Below, piece after piece: positions 62,866 through 64,000 of a stretch of 64,000 nucleotides of DNA; position 1 is the first letter of the stretch, and every line of letters starts with the position of its first letter. Origin of the DNA: Macrostomum lignano. Taxonomy: Eukaryota. The DNA lies in assembly GCA_002269645.1 (NCBI GenBank), contig NIVC01003605.1:1-64000 (forward strand). The letters are read 5' to 3'. Position numbers and translations under genes: made by a program. The notes under the pieces were generated by a model. It was not told where the DNA came from and searched no databases. It saw nothing but the letters and a program-made list of their open reading frames with translations.

Positions 62866-64000
62866 GTCTAGCTGGTGTTCACGGGATTATGCATGCATAA
62901 GTCCCTACTTTGATCTGCCCCTTTGTTCTCCTGACCCGCGTCGCTGTCTCTCTTGTCTTCATTTATAGTGCAGTCACATTTAGCCTGTATAAAACCGCCA
63001 GCCACACCGCACAGCACTGGTTAATCAGTTATTCTCTTTGACACGCTGCTCTGCGCTTAACATGCTCCGTCGTGTATTTTTGCGCTATATACTACTCGTA
63101 TATGTAAGTGTAGCCCTCCGCGCAGCGCTTATTCGCTATCATTTCTCTGCCGCACTAAACCCATTTTGCGAACTATTTACGGTAGTTTAAATTGAAAGCT
63201 TGATTAAATTATAGCTTGGCAGCCTGAACTGAGGACAGGTTAATCTTATAGCTCTAATAAGGGCTGCCTATAGCATAGCCAATAAGCATTAGAGAAATCT
63301 GTGCTGGCATCCGCTGGTTTTCATACTGTTGAAAATAATCCTACATACTAAAATGCCGCTCGCTATCTGCTAGAAATTGTTTTTGTTTCTGATAAAAAGT
63401 ACAGGATGTACAATAAATTATGTTTGTTGAATAAAGCTAGATGGTCAGACAAATATGCAAGTGGTTCGGTAAGATTGGCATGACATTGCAGTAGTCCTGT
63501 GGGCATTAATTAACATGTATGATCACACTTAATTGTCTGAAATAATTTGCAGTTTATAGGTGAATTTTTGACGCAATAAGAGATACCATACAAGTCAAAT
63601 TGTGTGCGTTGTCTACTGCAATGCCAAGCCATTGAATTGTGTAGGAGTTTGTTTTGAATGAATAAAACGCCTGCAACACCTGCAAACTCCTGCTTTAGCG
63701 AAATCGCGTGGCCTATTGAACTGTTTGAATCAAAGTCAAATTTGACCAAACATAAATTTAGCTTGAGCTGACTCCAGCGAGTTGCTTTGATTCAGAAATT
63801 ATCTGGGGGGAATTCAATTGATGCTTGAGTTTGAATGCAGTCAGCAGCTTACGAGGCTAAATATAAATGTTAGTTACGCTATTGTAATCAGTTAATTTAT
63901 TAATTAATTTGCTACTCAGCTTGGCATATCGAGGAGAATTGTTTGGCTTGATGTTTCATTGTTGGCATGGTGGCTTTTCATTCAGATTTGATTATACATG

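Overview
Intron-rich animal genomic DNA, probably from a flatworm such as Macrostomum (inferred from the GACA/GATT microsatellite-packed introns, poly-Ala/Gln/Gly coding tracts and a LINE 3' fragment; not proven). From left to right the window holds: (1) the last exons of an unidentified + strand gene, ending at 3065; (2) a complete 20-exon RasGRF gene (11859-40266; PH-coiled coil-IQ-DH-PH-split REM-CDC25; about 1652 aa) with one 1-nt frameshift in exon 6; (3) an intronless 939-aa coiled-coil/FN3/SH3 RIM-binding-protein-like gene (- strand, 43424-46243); (4) a 1.6-kb Crypton-type tyrosine-recombinase element (47094-48687); and (5) a 7-exon harmonin-homology-domain plus C-terminal PDZ gene (51259-62865; 1272 aa). 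The Crypton is bounded by 12-bp direct repeats, has substituted catalytic histidines, a 4-bp duplication frameshift and a probable 56-nt intron, and is followed by a 20-bp palindrome and a 45-bp perfect hairpin. Introns carry about 30 tandem arrays, including one made of 20 tandem copies of a real 5' splice site. A four-copy CAGGGG-ended MITE-like family carries a variable-number 21-bp minisatellite. Most long ORFs in the supplied track are translations of repeats or antisense shadows of real exons. Everything was read by eye; no database searches were run.
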